From Dehalococcoidia bacterium (GTDB lineage: Bacteria; Chloroflexota; Dehalococcoidia; GIF9; UBA5629): DNA of 64,000 nt. The notes below the pieces were generated by a model. It was not told where the DNA came from and searched no databases. It saw only the letters and a program-made list of their open reading frames with translations. Location: positions 114,582 through 178,581 of the forward strand of contig PLME01000005.1 of the NCBI GenBank assembly GCA_003142375.1, in the 5' to 3' direction. This document shows positions 54,904 to 64,000 of the stretch, one piece after another. Numbering within the stretch: the stretch's first letter is position 1; each line of letters starts with the position of its first letter. The position numbers and the translations under genes are program-made.

Positions 54904-57900
54904 TCAATGCAGCCTTCTTTGATAGAGTATGACCTGTACCGAGAGGCCGAATAGGATAACCAGGATTAAGGCTATTAATAATCCGTTGGTCGAGTTGTCG
55001 TCCGTCTGAATTAGCCTGGATGGAAGAGCCGGGCCGCCGGCCGTTGTGAAGGAGAAGACCGGGCTGGGTTCCCCGGGCAGAGGTTCCAGCGGTGTTACCT
55101 GCCAGAAATAAGCTGTCCTGTAGCTCAGTCCCCAGTTCAGGTTATAAGCTGTCCCTTTGACTTTTTCATCGATAATGGGTTTATCCAGGCCCGGGTCTGC
55201 AGCCAAAACAAAGCGGTAGGTCGTGGTATTTTGCATAGGGGTCCATGAAAAGCTGGTGGGGTAAACAGGTGCATCACGGGCCCCAGCTTCGGGCTTCAGA
55301 GGCTGAAGGCCGGGATAGTCTGTTGATCTCACCGGATAGCCCGGACGTACGTTGAAACTCACGCCGTAAGACCAGCGGCTGCGTATGACCTGTCCGGTGA
55401 CGGCGCGCCTGACGCGTATATGCCAGTAGTAGCTGCTACCTGCTTCGGGAAGTGCACCGTCAGGTATGTAATATGACGGGTAAAGCAAATCATCCGGCAT
55501 GTAAAAAGGACTGGTGGAGGGCGTGGCCGTATCTACCACCAGATCGAACCAGCTATCCTTGCCGATCTCGACCTCATAGGCGTCCGCCAGCGATAATTGT
55601 TCCCATTTAAGGTCGACCTGCCCGTTGCGGCCTGTAACGGGATCGCAATACACAAAACTGCCCGGCTTGGGCGCGATAAGCCAGGGAGAATGGTTGGCCA
55701 ACGTATCGTTGAAAGCCCAGAGCCGGCCTACTCCATTATAAGGGTCATAATCGTGGGAATCGATAGCCCATATGGTCTCGTCGGCGCATACCAGCGCATC
55801 AGGCTCCATCTCGAAAAGGACGCCTGCGGGTAAGCCGGTTGCCAGGGAGTCCCAGGATACGTTGTTGTTGGGGATGGCAGTACGGGAGTAAAGCGTCCTG
55901 TCGACCCCTGCTCTGGCCGGATTATAGGCGGCATAGAGAGTGCCCCGGCCCGCAACACACAAGCCATAGTAGCTGTTATCAGGTGGACTCATATCGTCCC
56001 ACCGCTCGTTAATATCGATAGCCCAGCGGTAAAGGCCTCCGGCATCGTCGGCAAGGTAAATAAAATTGTTGTTTGTGAACTGATCGTCGAAGGCGACATG
56101 CTTGTTGCCATAGCTGTAAGCGGGTTCGCTAATCTGTATCCAGTTGTCTCCGCCATCCAGGGAATAGGCGGCCGGGCATTGCTGACCAACGCTCGCGCCA
56201 ACCAGAACCTTGTTTTGCTGCGCTTCTATCGTGTGAGCAGAATTGAGGCCGGTGTCGGTGGGAAAGTCCCAGCGCCAGCCTTTAGTACTGTATTTTCCAT
56301 GCCGGACCAGCCCGTTCGATTTTAGTACAAACAATACATCGCCGCCAGGTGCGGCCATATCCTGCAATGCGATATCCGGGTGGCAGTCCTGCCATGTCTG
56401 CCCACTATCACGAGACTGTAGCAGGTTAGTCGTTAGCTGGGCGCCTAGAAAAACTACTGCTCCCTTCCGATCGTCGGGTGGCAGCTTGAGCAGGGGCAGC
56501 GGGCAGTCAGTACACAATATTCTCTGCCAGGAGTCCCCTATGGGGTCCGTGCGACTGCGCCAGATGCTGTCCAGGCCGCTGCCATTCACCGAAGAAATAT
56601 ATGCGGTTTTACCGTCCGCGGCTACTGCCAGTGCCTTGAAGCGGTTTATTATGGTATCTATAAGGCCAAGCTGGTTCCACGACGTACCGTCGTCTTTGCT
56701 CTCAGAAAAGGCCGATTCATCCAACGGTGAGGCATTCCAGGATGAATCGTTGGGGTTTGACCATTTAAGCGGCGTATCCCGGTTGCCCGACCCCGTGCCG
56801 CAAATTGCAGCCGAACCATCCTTTGTCCAGGCTACCCTGATATTGGCAAAGCCGGTGCCATATCCTCCTGTGGGAGCTTTCAAGGGTCTGACCCAGGTTG
56901 AGCATAGCCCGAACGGATCAGAGGTGAAAAAGATATCGGACATTGCGGTTAGCGGATCAGCAAGCACGCCTCCGGCCAGCAATTTACCGGACAGTGTGCT
57001 TCCGCTATATGCAATTGAGCTCAACCTCGGCTTGCTTCCATTACCCGGCGCCCGGAGTCGGGTTACTATGGTGTCGTTGAGACGGTAAACATCGTCCAGG
57101 GGTTGGGAAGTCCCCATGGATGTACCGTTAGAATCGTAAGCTGCGAAGATGATACGCCTGGGCGGGACGTTGCCGTCGAAGTCGGAGGGCAGGGATATAC
57201 AGCCGGTAATGATCTTGCTTTCGCCGCTGCCGTTGCCCCCGGACTGATCGGTAGTACATAGTTCGACAGGCCATCCTATATCCCGATTCCAAACGCTGGT
57301 GCTGGCTGCGAAATCGCGGTAGCCGAGATTTATATAAGTCCGCTGTAGGGTGCTGGACATGATTACCAGTGTGGAATCGGCAGTATAAGAGGGCGAGGCC
57401 ATCAGCGAGATGACATCGCCGCCCGTATATCCCTGCGCCTTCCACCCTCCCATAGCCGGATAACTGAGTATATATATTTCACCCTGGGCCAGCCCATCAG
57501 ACGGATTGCGGCTGCCGACGATAATATCGTGTACATTGTTTCCGCGGCACGTATATAGTGCCGATATGATGATACTGCCGATTTGCTCTCCCGGGCTGTA
57601 AAGCCAGGGGATATGGCCGCTATAAAACCAATTTACTCCTCCATCTGAGGAGATATAGACCTCCCTGCGGTGCGTGCCGCCGCTGTCCATGCAGACGGCA
57701 GCTATGAAGTCGGGGTCATCCGGGGAGACTGCGATGAGGGCCACGGGAAAAACCGGAGGGGGTGACGCCTGCGCCAGCCACAGGTTAGGCTTCATGCTCC
57801 AGGATACTCCACCATCGGGGCTTCTCCATATCCCTGCTTTGACAATTAATCCGGCATCGGCATCAGGTATATCGATGGCATACACCGTTTTACCGTCGTT

Positions 57901-58131
57901 AGCAACTGCCAAATCGCTGATCTCACAGGGAGTTATGACATCGTTGCGCTGTGGATAGCTGCCAGGTGTATCGATAGTGCCCCATTTCAGAACACAGGTC
58001 GAAGGGGTATCGGCAGAAACCGGAGAGATAACAAAGGATGGAGAAATAACCGTTATAGCCGTAAACAGGCTAACAGCACACAACAGGGTTTTGCATATTA
58101 TCTTTGCTGGCTGATAACTGGTTCTATCCAA
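54904..58131 (-). CDS. Large cell-surface/S-layer-like protein, paralog of 47252-51052
   Basis: Shared motifs DESAFS-S-DDG-SWNQL-LIDT, DPVTGRN-QVDL-WEQL, LPEAG--YYW; signal peptide and C-terminal TM with RR. Confidence 0.75.
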   Translation of the reverse strand: MDRTSYQPAKIICKTLLCAVSLFTAITVISPSFVISPVSADTPSTCVLKWGTIDTPGSYPQRNDVITPCEISDLAVANDGKTVYAIDIPDADAGLIVKAGIWRSPDGGVSWSMKPNLWLAQASPPPVFPVALIAVSPDDPDFIAAVCMDSGGTHRREVYISSDGGVNWFYSGHIPWLYSPGEQIGSIIISALYTCRGNNVHDIIVGSRNPSDGLAQGEIYILSYPAMGGWKAQGYTGGDVISLMASPSYTADSTLVIMSSTLQRTYINLGYRDFAASTSVWNRDIGWPVELCTTDQSGGNGSGESKIITGCISLPSDFDGNVPPRRIIFAAYDSNGTSMGTSQPLDDVYRLNDTIVTRLRAPGNGSKPRLSSIAYSGSTLSGKLLAGGVLADPLTAMSDIFFTSDPFGLCSTWVRPLKAPTGGYGTGFANIRVAWTKDGSAAICGTGSGNRDTPLKWSNPNDSSWNASPLDESAFSESKDDGTSWNQLGLIDTIINRFKALAVAADGKTAYISSVNGSGLDSIWRSRTDPIGDSWQRILCTDCPLPLLKLPPDDRKGAVVFLGAQLTTNLLQSRDSGQTWQDCHPDIALQDMAAPGGDVLFVLKSNGLVRHGKYSTKGWRWDFPTDTGLNSAHTIEAQQNKVLVGASVGQQCPAAYSLDGGDNWIQISEPAYSYGNKHVAFDDQFTNNNFIYLADDAGGLYRWAIDINERWDDMSPPDNSYYGLCVAGRGTLYAAYNPARAGVDRTLYSRTAIPNNNVSWDSLATGLPAGVLFEMEPDALVCADETIWAIDSHDYDPYNGVGRLWAFNDTLANHSPWLIAPKPGSFVYCDPVTGRNGQVDLKWEQLSLADAYEVEIGKDSWFDLVVDTATPSTSPFYMPDDLLYPSYYIPDGALPEAGSSYYWHIRVRRAVTGQVIRSRWSYGVSFNVRPGYPVRSTDYPGLQPLKPEAGARDAPVYPTSFSWTPMQNTTTYRFVLAADPGLDKPIIDEKVKGTAYNLNWGLSYRTAYFWQVTPLEPLPGEPSPVFSFTTAGGPALPSRLIQTDDNSTNGLLIALILVILFGLSVQVILYQRRLH

Positions 58132-59663
58132 GCCGCACTTCCCTCAGGCAGAGGACCACCGGATTCCACGCGTAAGATAACTAGAACTTTTTGGCCTGCC
58201 AGCCCGGACAGATCAACCGTGTAAGTCGCAAGCTGGCCGCCCGAATTTACGGTCAGGGGGGGGAAGTAGTTTATTACACCTCCCTGTGAGGTGCCAAGTA
58301 TAAATTTGACGCTTGCCGCTGCCGGCGCGTCCACCGTCAGCCCCACATTGGCGCTGAATTTACATCCATGGGGGACTGTGAACGGACGCAGTTCTGCCGG
58401 GCTGCCCATAGGCACCCCGAATGCACCCTGTATCCAACTGCCGGTGGAATTTGGGGGTGTCATCAAAAGCGCACTCGGGTAGCTGAGACTGCTTTTTATC
58501 TGGGCTGTGGATATCTGTGCCCACCCTTCCGCGCCGCTGGCATACATGGGCCAGCTAAGCGAACCAGCGCTGCTCTGCCATTGAGCGTTACCCGAATATT
58601 GCACGAGGTTAATATTCATGAGTGGCCCGAAATTGTGTTCATAGCAGTTATTGGTGTAATCGGCCTCGGGACAGGAACCGTCACCGTTAGCGCATATCCG
58701 GATGTTGGTAGCCCCGCTGGTTGCCGAATTGGAGGATGAACCCAGCAAGGACGGGAAACGAGGCGAGAAGTGATACGTCAGGAACGCCTTGGCTTTCTCA
58801 TCGCCGGGTGCAAGCGGCTCGACATAGCTCTTGGATTCCAGTGTGTCGTCTCTGTAAAGGTATGTCTCCGTGGCGCATGATGTCAGATTGCCTATGTTCT
58901 TAATGCGGTAGGAAAGGACATTGCCGCTGCTCCAGAAATCGATTACAACCAGGTCTGCTTTATTATTGACAGGCTGTTTTACTGCGATCGAAATCTGATT
59001 GGAGGCGCTTCCTCGCTTGTTGACCGCCCAAAGAGTATAGGTTGTATCTGCTGTCGGGGCTATATCTATGCTGCCTTCGGGATCAACTGTTCCCGGCAAA
59101 GGTTCTATGCTTATCCGACCGGTCTCCGCCACACTCCAGCTCAATTTAGATGTCTCACCGGAAACTATTTGTTGTGGCACAGCGGAGAAATGGTTGATAT
59201 AGGGGAGTGAACCTGACGAGTCTCTCTTTATGAAGAAAGGAATTGATGTTTGTTGTCCGCCTACTATTGAGAGATCGAGCCGGTATTGGCCGCTGCTGAA
59301 TCCCTGTGCGGGGGCGTTAAGCTTGAATCCCAAGTAACCATCCTGGCCTTGTGTCTTATTATCAGTGTAGATGATCCTATTTAGTTCCTCCTGCGATTCA
59401 CTTTTTTCATAAACCCAGTTGGCCTGAACGGCAGTATCTGCATGGGCGCCGGACAGCCTGATTGAGCAGCAGACCTGCGGGCTGTCGATATAGAAGAAAT
59501 CGGTACTGTCCTTTGGACGGTAGTCCGCCTCAAGGCCGGTAGCTATCACAGGGTCGTTCAAGCGGGGGCCGAAAAACGGCAAGTTTGAGCAGGAAGTAAA
59601 AAAAAGCGAAGCCGATATTGCAGCAGAGATCAGGATATTACCGGACTTCAGGTACAAATTCAT
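58098..59663 (-). CDS. Multi-domain exported lipoprotein (Ig-like/CARDB, possible C-terminal NPCBM-like domain)
   Basis: Lipobox-like FTSC; TTYTLWAVN Ig repeat; ADLVV...IKNIG...E.DYTNN CARDB pattern. Confidence 0.65.
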   Translation of the reverse strand: MNLYLKSGNILISAAISASLFFTSCSNLPFFGPRLNDPVIATGLEADYRPKDSTDFFYIDSPQVCCSIRLSGAHADTAVQANWVYEKSESQEELNRIIYTDNKTQGQDGYLGFKLNAPAQGFSSGQYRLDLSIVGGQQTSIPFFIKRDSSGSLPYINHFSAVPQQIVSGETSKLSWSVAETGRISIEPLPGTVDPEGSIDIAPTADTTYTLWAVNKRGSASNQISIAVKQPVNNKADLVVIDFWSSGNVLSYRIKNIGNLTSCATETYLYRDDTLESKSYVEPLAPGDEKAKAFLTYHFSPRFPSLLGSSSNSATSGATNIRICANGDGSCPEADYTNNCYEHNFGPLMNINLVQYSGNAQWQSSAGSLSWPMYASGAEGWAQISTAQIKSSLSYPSALLMTPPNSTGSWIQGAFGVPMGSPAELRPFTVPHGCKFSANVGLTVDAPAAASVKFILGTSQGGVINYFPPLTVNSGGQLATYTVDLSGLAGQKVLVILRVESGGPLPEGSAAWIEPVISQQR

Positions 59664-59864
59664 GGCGCAATGACCCATAATAGGTTTTCGATGTATGTGG
59701 TGTCAAGGTTGATAATTGTAAATCGCAATTTACTTTTAGATATGGACCTGCATATAATGAAATTGGTGGAGGGAGTGTTCAGGCTCAGGAGTCCGGGGGA
59801 AATTGATCGAAACGGTCTATCCTGATTTTTCACGTCCATCTTCGGGTGAAATACACTAAACGGC

Positions 59865-60140
59865 TTACCGTCGGCCTCTCTTAAATTTCCTGAAATAGGA
59901 CCGGGTCATATAGGAGATCCATGTCCAGTGCGTTAGGACGTGGGTGCTGAAGAAAATCAGCAGCCCGATAGCCAGCCACTGATGTATTTGTATCCATGTA
60001 TGGCGATCGTAAAGAACTGTTTTTCCTGCCTCGCTGCCTTCAGGCAGGGTAAACCACAGTATAAATCCGGATACAACGAGCAATAATAAAATCAAGCCCT
60101 CTATGATATCGAGTACGTAATGCAGGCTGGCTTTTTTCAC
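59865..60140 (-). CDS. DUF4405-like small membrane protein
   Basis: SGFILW...WIQIHQW...HVLTHWTWI His pattern. Confidence 0.7.
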   Translation of the reverse strand: MKKASLHYVLDIIEGLILLLLVVSGFILWFTLPEGSEAGKTVLYDRHTWIQIHQWLAIGLLIFFSTHVLTHWTWISYMTRSYFRKFKRGRR

Positions 60141-60334
60141 TGGAATCTCGCTGGCCGTTAAATTTTTTACCTGTTTTTTACAATGAGTTAATGCGGATAT
60201 TACAGTCGGTAATTATACTGGTTAGTTTACGGAAAGATAAAGCTGGGAAGCGGCGGCTAATTTTTCAACAGTTAATATGGGGTTTTATGAACCGGCCGCA
60301 CTTTTGAACTATAATCTGGAGAAGGTATTAGAAG

Positions 60335-61036
60335 TTGACCACCATACTGGTAGTAGACGATGAGCCTAATATACAGGAACTGGTCCGCCTTTATCTTGAA
60401 AAAGATGGTTTAAAGGTGGAGCTGGCGGGGAGCGGTGAGGAGGCCCTGGATAAATTGAAGTCTTCCAACCCGGCGCTGGTGATACTGGATATTATGCTTC
60501 CCGATATGGACGGGTTCGAGGCATGCAGGCAGATACGCAAAACCAATGACATTCCGGTTTTAATGCTCACGGCTAGAAAAGATGATATCGATAAGATACT
60601 GGGGTTGGAGTTGGGTGCAGATGACTACCTGACCAAGCCCTTCAACCCGAGGGAGTTGGTCGCTAGGGTCAGGGCCGTATTGCGGCGCTACAGTTCAGGC
60701 CAGAAAGCCGGCAAGCCCATCGAGGTTGGCAACCTGCGCATAGATATGGCCCGGCGTGAAGTGGAGATCGATGGCAAGCCGGTAAAGCTGCGCACTAAAG
60801 AGTTCGAGCTGCTGACTGCGCTGGCGCAGAATTTCGGCATCGTCCTGACACGGGAGAGGCTGCTGGAGATGATCTGGGATACCGATTACTATGGGGAAAC
60901 ACGCACGGTGGATATACATATCAACCACGTAAGGGACAAGATAGAGGGGGCCAATGTAGCCATAGAGACGGTTCGCAGCGTCGGCTACAAACTGGTCAGG
61001 GCGACGCTGGAAGCGGATGCCGGCATGTCTCATTAA
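60335..61036 (+). CDS. OmpR/PhoB family response regulator
   Basis: ILVVDDE, LDIMLPDMDG, GADDYLTKPF, winged helix RTVDIHI...ETVRSVGY. Confidence 0.92.
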   Translation: MTTILVVDDEPNIQELVRLYLEKDGLKVELAGSGEEALDKLKSSNPALVILDIMLPDMDGFEACRQIRKTNDIPVLMLTARKDDIDKILGLELGADDYLTKPFNPRELVARVRAVLRRYSSGQKAGKPIEVGNLRIDMARREVEIDGKPVKLRTKEFELLTALAQNFGIVLTRERLLEMIWDTDYYGETRTVDIHINHVRDKIEGANVAIETVRSVGYKLVRATLEADAGMSH

Positions 61037-61069
61037 AATGGAGTTTATTTCTATTAAACTGGAGGCAAT

Positions 61070-62515
61070 ATGGGGCTTCGCAGCCGCCTGATCCTGTCGT
61101 TCATAGCAGTCATCGTTTTATGCCTGGTAACCGTTGCCATCACGCTGACCGCACAGTCGGGCGATGTGCTGGGCCGGGTAGCGGCAGCACGCCTCACTGA
61201 CCTATCTGCGCCCTTATATATTCAGGCCAGGAACTTTCTGAGGAGTCAGGATACTCTCGACCGGGGATGGCCCAACATTGAAGAGCAGGCCGCAGCCACG
61301 GGCGTACGTATCTTCCTGTGCGATAGTGATGGCAACATCGTTAGGGCAACCATCAATTCCGAAAATATAACCTCGCTGCCTCAGTCAATCTTCGCCAGAA
61401 GGTTCGGTCCGGCAGGGCGAATCCTGCGAGGCAGCTTTGAAGGCCAGGACGGTAAAGCCTATATTTACGCCGCCTATTCCCTGGCAAATATCGCCAAATT
61501 CAAGGATAGCAATATCGATTGGCTAGTGATCGCAGCACCGCCCTCAGCCACGTCAACGGTCGCGTCGGAATTGCTCAGGTCTTTCCTGCTGGCTGGCCTG
61601 GTTGCCTTGATAGTCTCAATCATCATAGCAGTGTTATTGGCAAGGTCGGTATACCAGCCCATCGGCCGGGTCAAGAAGGCATCGGCCGAGATGGCCCAGG
61701 GCAAATACGACCAGGAGGTGCCTGTAGAAGGGCCACGCGAGGTGCGTGAGCTTGCGCTAAGCTTTAACGAGATGTCCAAGCAGGTGAAAAACTCGGAGCA
61801 GACCTTGAAAGATTTCGTGGCCGATGTATCTCATGAGCTGCGTACCCCTCTGACCTCCATCTCGGGTTTTGCACAGGCTATCCGCGATGGGACGGCGCAG
61901 GACAAGGAATCGGTGGATAAATCGGCGGGAATCATCGAGGAAGAGTCCAAGCGCATGATCAGGCTGGTGAACAACCTACTCGAGCTTTCCAAGCTGGAAT
62001 CGGGCCAACTGGAGATGAAAAAGGAGCATGTAGACCTGGAGGAGATTATCCAGCAATGCCGGGAAATCTTCGCCATGCGTGCTGAAGAAAAAAGTATTTT
62101 TCTAGTGACCGACCTCGAACCTCTGCCGCAGGTAATGGGGGATATCGACCGTCTGGAGCAGGTATTTAACAATCTGCTGGACAACGCTATTAAACACACA
62201 CCCGCCGGCGGCACCGTTACTATACGCGGACGTCATAGTAATTCCGAGACGGTTGAAATATCTGTAATCGATACTGGGCCTGGCATAGCTAAGGAGAAGC
62301 TGTCGCATGTGTTCGAGAGGTTCTCACACGAAGAGGAACCGGGTGGGCGCCCGGGCACCGGGTTGGGCCTGGCCATATCGCGCCGGATCGTTTTATCCCA
62401 TGGTGGGGATATCAGAGTAACTAGCGAGCCGGGGAAAGGCGCTGAACTGACAGTTCGGCTGCCGGCTATGGACGGCACGGACGGCAAAACGCTGGTGGGA
62501 AAAGCGAAAGCGTGA
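61070..62515 (+). CDS. HAMP sensor histidine kinase
   Basis: Two TMs, HAMP, SHELRTPL, NLLDNAIK, DTGPGI, GTGLGL. Confidence 0.92.
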   Translation: MGLRSRLILSFIAVIVLCLVTVAITLTAQSGDVLGRVAAARLTDLSAPLYIQARNFLRSQDTLDRGWPNIEEQAAATGVRIFLCDSDGNIVRATINSENITSLPQSIFARRFGPAGRILRGSFEGQDGKAYIYAAYSLANIAKFKDSNIDWLVIAAPPSATSTVASELLRSFLLAGLVALIVSIIIAVLLARSVYQPIGRVKKASAEMAQGKYDQEVPVEGPREVRELALSFNEMSKQVKNSEQTLKDFVADVSHELRTPLTSISGFAQAIRDGTAQDKESVDKSAGIIEEESKRMIRLVNNLLELSKLESGQLEMKKEHVDLEEIIQQCREIFAMRAEEKSIFLVTDLEPLPQVMGDIDRLEQVFNNLLDNAIKHTPAGGTVTIRGRHSNSETVEISVIDTGPGIAKEKLSHVFERFSHEEEPGGRPGTGLGLAISRRIVLSHGGDIRVTSEPGKGAELTVRLPAMDGTDGKTLVGKAKA

Positions 62516-62517
62516 AG

Positions 62518-63180
62518 TTACTTGACGAACAATTTGTAGCTGGGGCAGACCTCTGCCAGGATGCACTTCCTGCATAGTGGGTGCTGTGCCTTGCAGGTCC
62601 TCCTGCCGTGTTCAATCAGCAAAACGTGATAACGATATATATTTTCTGCCGCGACAAGTTTTTCCATCGCCGGGTGGGCATCATCCACAGATAATTTGCT
62701 GCCTATCAATCCCAGCCTCCTCGCTACCCTGAAGACGTGGGTATCCACGGGAAAGGCCGGCATACCCACTGAAAAAAGCAAAACACAACTTGCAGTCTTC
62801 ATACCCACACCCGGCAAATTAAGCAGCCAATGACGCGCCGCATCAACGTCCATTTTTTTCAGGAATTGAAGGTCGAAGCCGGTTGTTTGTTTCTTAAGAG
62901 CCATAAGGGCATTTTTGATATATCTGGCTTTAACCTCGGCCAGGCCTCCACTGCGGATGGCGTCGGCTATCTGCCCCGTGCCGGCATCAGCCACACGATG
63001 CCACGCTCCGAGCTCATCCATTAAAGATTTAAAGGCGCGGCGGGAGTTGATATCGGAGGTATTCTGCGACAGGATGGTCTGGACCAGTTCACCAACCGGG
63101 TCAAGCCGCCGCTTCCATTTGCGGTCGCCGTAGGCGCCGATCAAACGGCTCAGGATGAGCTCAACATCCGGTTTAGGCAT
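62518..63180 (-). CDS. nth: Endonuclease III-family DNA glycosylase (HhH-GPD, 4Fe-4S)
   Basis: TILSQNTSD, LPGVGMKTA, FPVDTHV, C-x6-C-x2-C-x5-C. Confidence 0.85.
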   Translation of the reverse strand: MPKPDVELILSRLIGAYGDRKWKRRLDPVGELVQTILSQNTSDINSRRAFKSLMDELGAWHRVADAGTGQIADAIRSGGLAEVKARYIKNALMALKKQTTGFDLQFLKKMDVDAARHWLLNLPGVGMKTASCVLLFSVGMPAFPVDTHVFRVARRLGLIGSKLSVDDAHPAMEKLVAAENIYRYHVLLIEHGRRTCKAQHPLCRKCILAEVCPSYKLFVK

Positions 63181-63183
63181 CGG

Positions 63184-64000
63184 TTAAGCGCACAATCTCC
63201 GGATAATGTCTGTATAAACCTCGATCCCTTTTATCAAGCTGTCAATCGAGAGTTTCTCGTCGATTCCATGGATAGACTTCATATCGTCCGGCGGCACCTC
63301 GACAGGGCACAGGCCGTAAGCCAGCATATTTTTCTCCCTGAAGAAGCGTGAGTCTGTAGTGCCTGTCATCAGGTAGGGGGCCACAACGGCGCCCGGGTAA
63401 TGGTCTAGCAGTGCCTTTTCAATCAAGTTGTAGCTTTCTGTATACATATCCGAGGCATTGCCTTCGTTGCCAAGAACGGTCTCGACCTGTATTTCATCAT
63501 CGGCCAGCTGAGTTTTTATGAAATGCAGCCATTTCTGTAAATCCTGGCCGGGCAGCAGGCGTGTATCAATGAGCGCCTCGGCGCTGGATGGTATAACGTT
63601 CACCCTGTCGCCCGATTTCAACATGTTAAGGCTGATAGTATTGCGCAGCATGGCGCTTATCTGGGGCATTGATAGCAGCCCATTGTCAGCCAGGAGCTTA
63701 AGCAAGGTGTCCTCCCTGCCGTCATCCGCATATGGCTTCAGCAGGTCCCATGACCGCGCCAGTTTTTTAAAATATTCGGCTGCAATAGGTGTCAGCTTGA
63801 GGGGCACTTCATAGTTGAGAAGACGGTTCACCGCCCTGGTCATTTTTTCCAGGCAGTTCTGACTGTGAGGTGTTGATCCGTGGCCCGTCATACCTTTCCT
63901 ACTGAGCTTCAGCCAGCAGGGGCCTTTTTCGCCCGGCGAGATCATAGCTACCAGGCTGTTGCTGCTAATGTCTTTTACCAGGTAACCACCCTCGTTCAAT
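63184..64000 (-). CDS. M20 family peptidase (partial, start beyond window)
   Basis: NEGG, GHGS, NVIP, GTTDSRF, IHGIDE motifs. Confidence 0.85.
   Translation of the reverse strand, partial: LNEGGYLVKDISSNSLVAMISPGEKGPCWLKLSRKGMTGHGSTPHSQNCLEKMTRAVNRLLNYEVPLKLTPIAAEYFKKLARSWDLLKPYADDGREDTLLKLLADNGLLSMPQISAMLRNTISLNMLKSGDRVNVIPSSAEALIDTRLLPGQDLQKWLHFIKTQLADDEIQVETVLGNEGNASDMYTESYNLIEKALLDHYPGAVVAPYLMTGTTDSRFFREKNMLAYGLCPVEVPPDDMKSIHGIDEKLSIDSLIKGIEVYTDIIRRLCA

Noticed and set aside
52924-57088. Antisense ORFs 52924-53604 and 56243-57088
   Set aside because: Opposite-strand shadows of the acyl-CoA dehydrogenase and surface-protein genes

Overview
A 64 kb bacterial chromosome segment, most likely from a Dehalococcoidia-like anaerobe (Chloroflexota); the taxonomy is inferred from protein families, not verified. 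The GC-rich flanks carry housekeeping and accessory genes: TPR lipoproteins, a GNAT/M20 pair, an ABC exporter whose permease is fused to a PrsW-like protease domain, a DUF2779 nuclease, a PAS-GGDEF/HD-GYP operon with a uORF-terminator leader, acetoacetate-decarboxylase-like genes, an acyl-CoA dehydrogenase, a two-component system and nth. The centre is a ~30.5 kb genomic island bounded by a 20-bp direct repeat (22021-22040 and 52506-52525) that matches the 5' end of tRNA-Arg(TCG). Its integrase is reduced to a ~31-codon C-terminal stub, and that stub contains a consensus promoter pointing at the displaced tRNA. The island carries an archaeal-style surface-glycoprotein locus: 2 DUF1616 genes plus a remnant, a CPBP protease, small hydrophobic proteins, 2 GT-C-like membrane proteins, a flippase, GT2/GT4s, a kinase and a phosphodiesterase, nucleotide-sugar enzymes and a 1.27k-aa S-layer-like protein. 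It also holds three copies of an unrecognised two-hairpin element, a BldC/Xis-like HTH gene with candidate binding repeats, and a T-rich 11-bp-periodic repeat tract. No CRISPR array or rRNA was seen.
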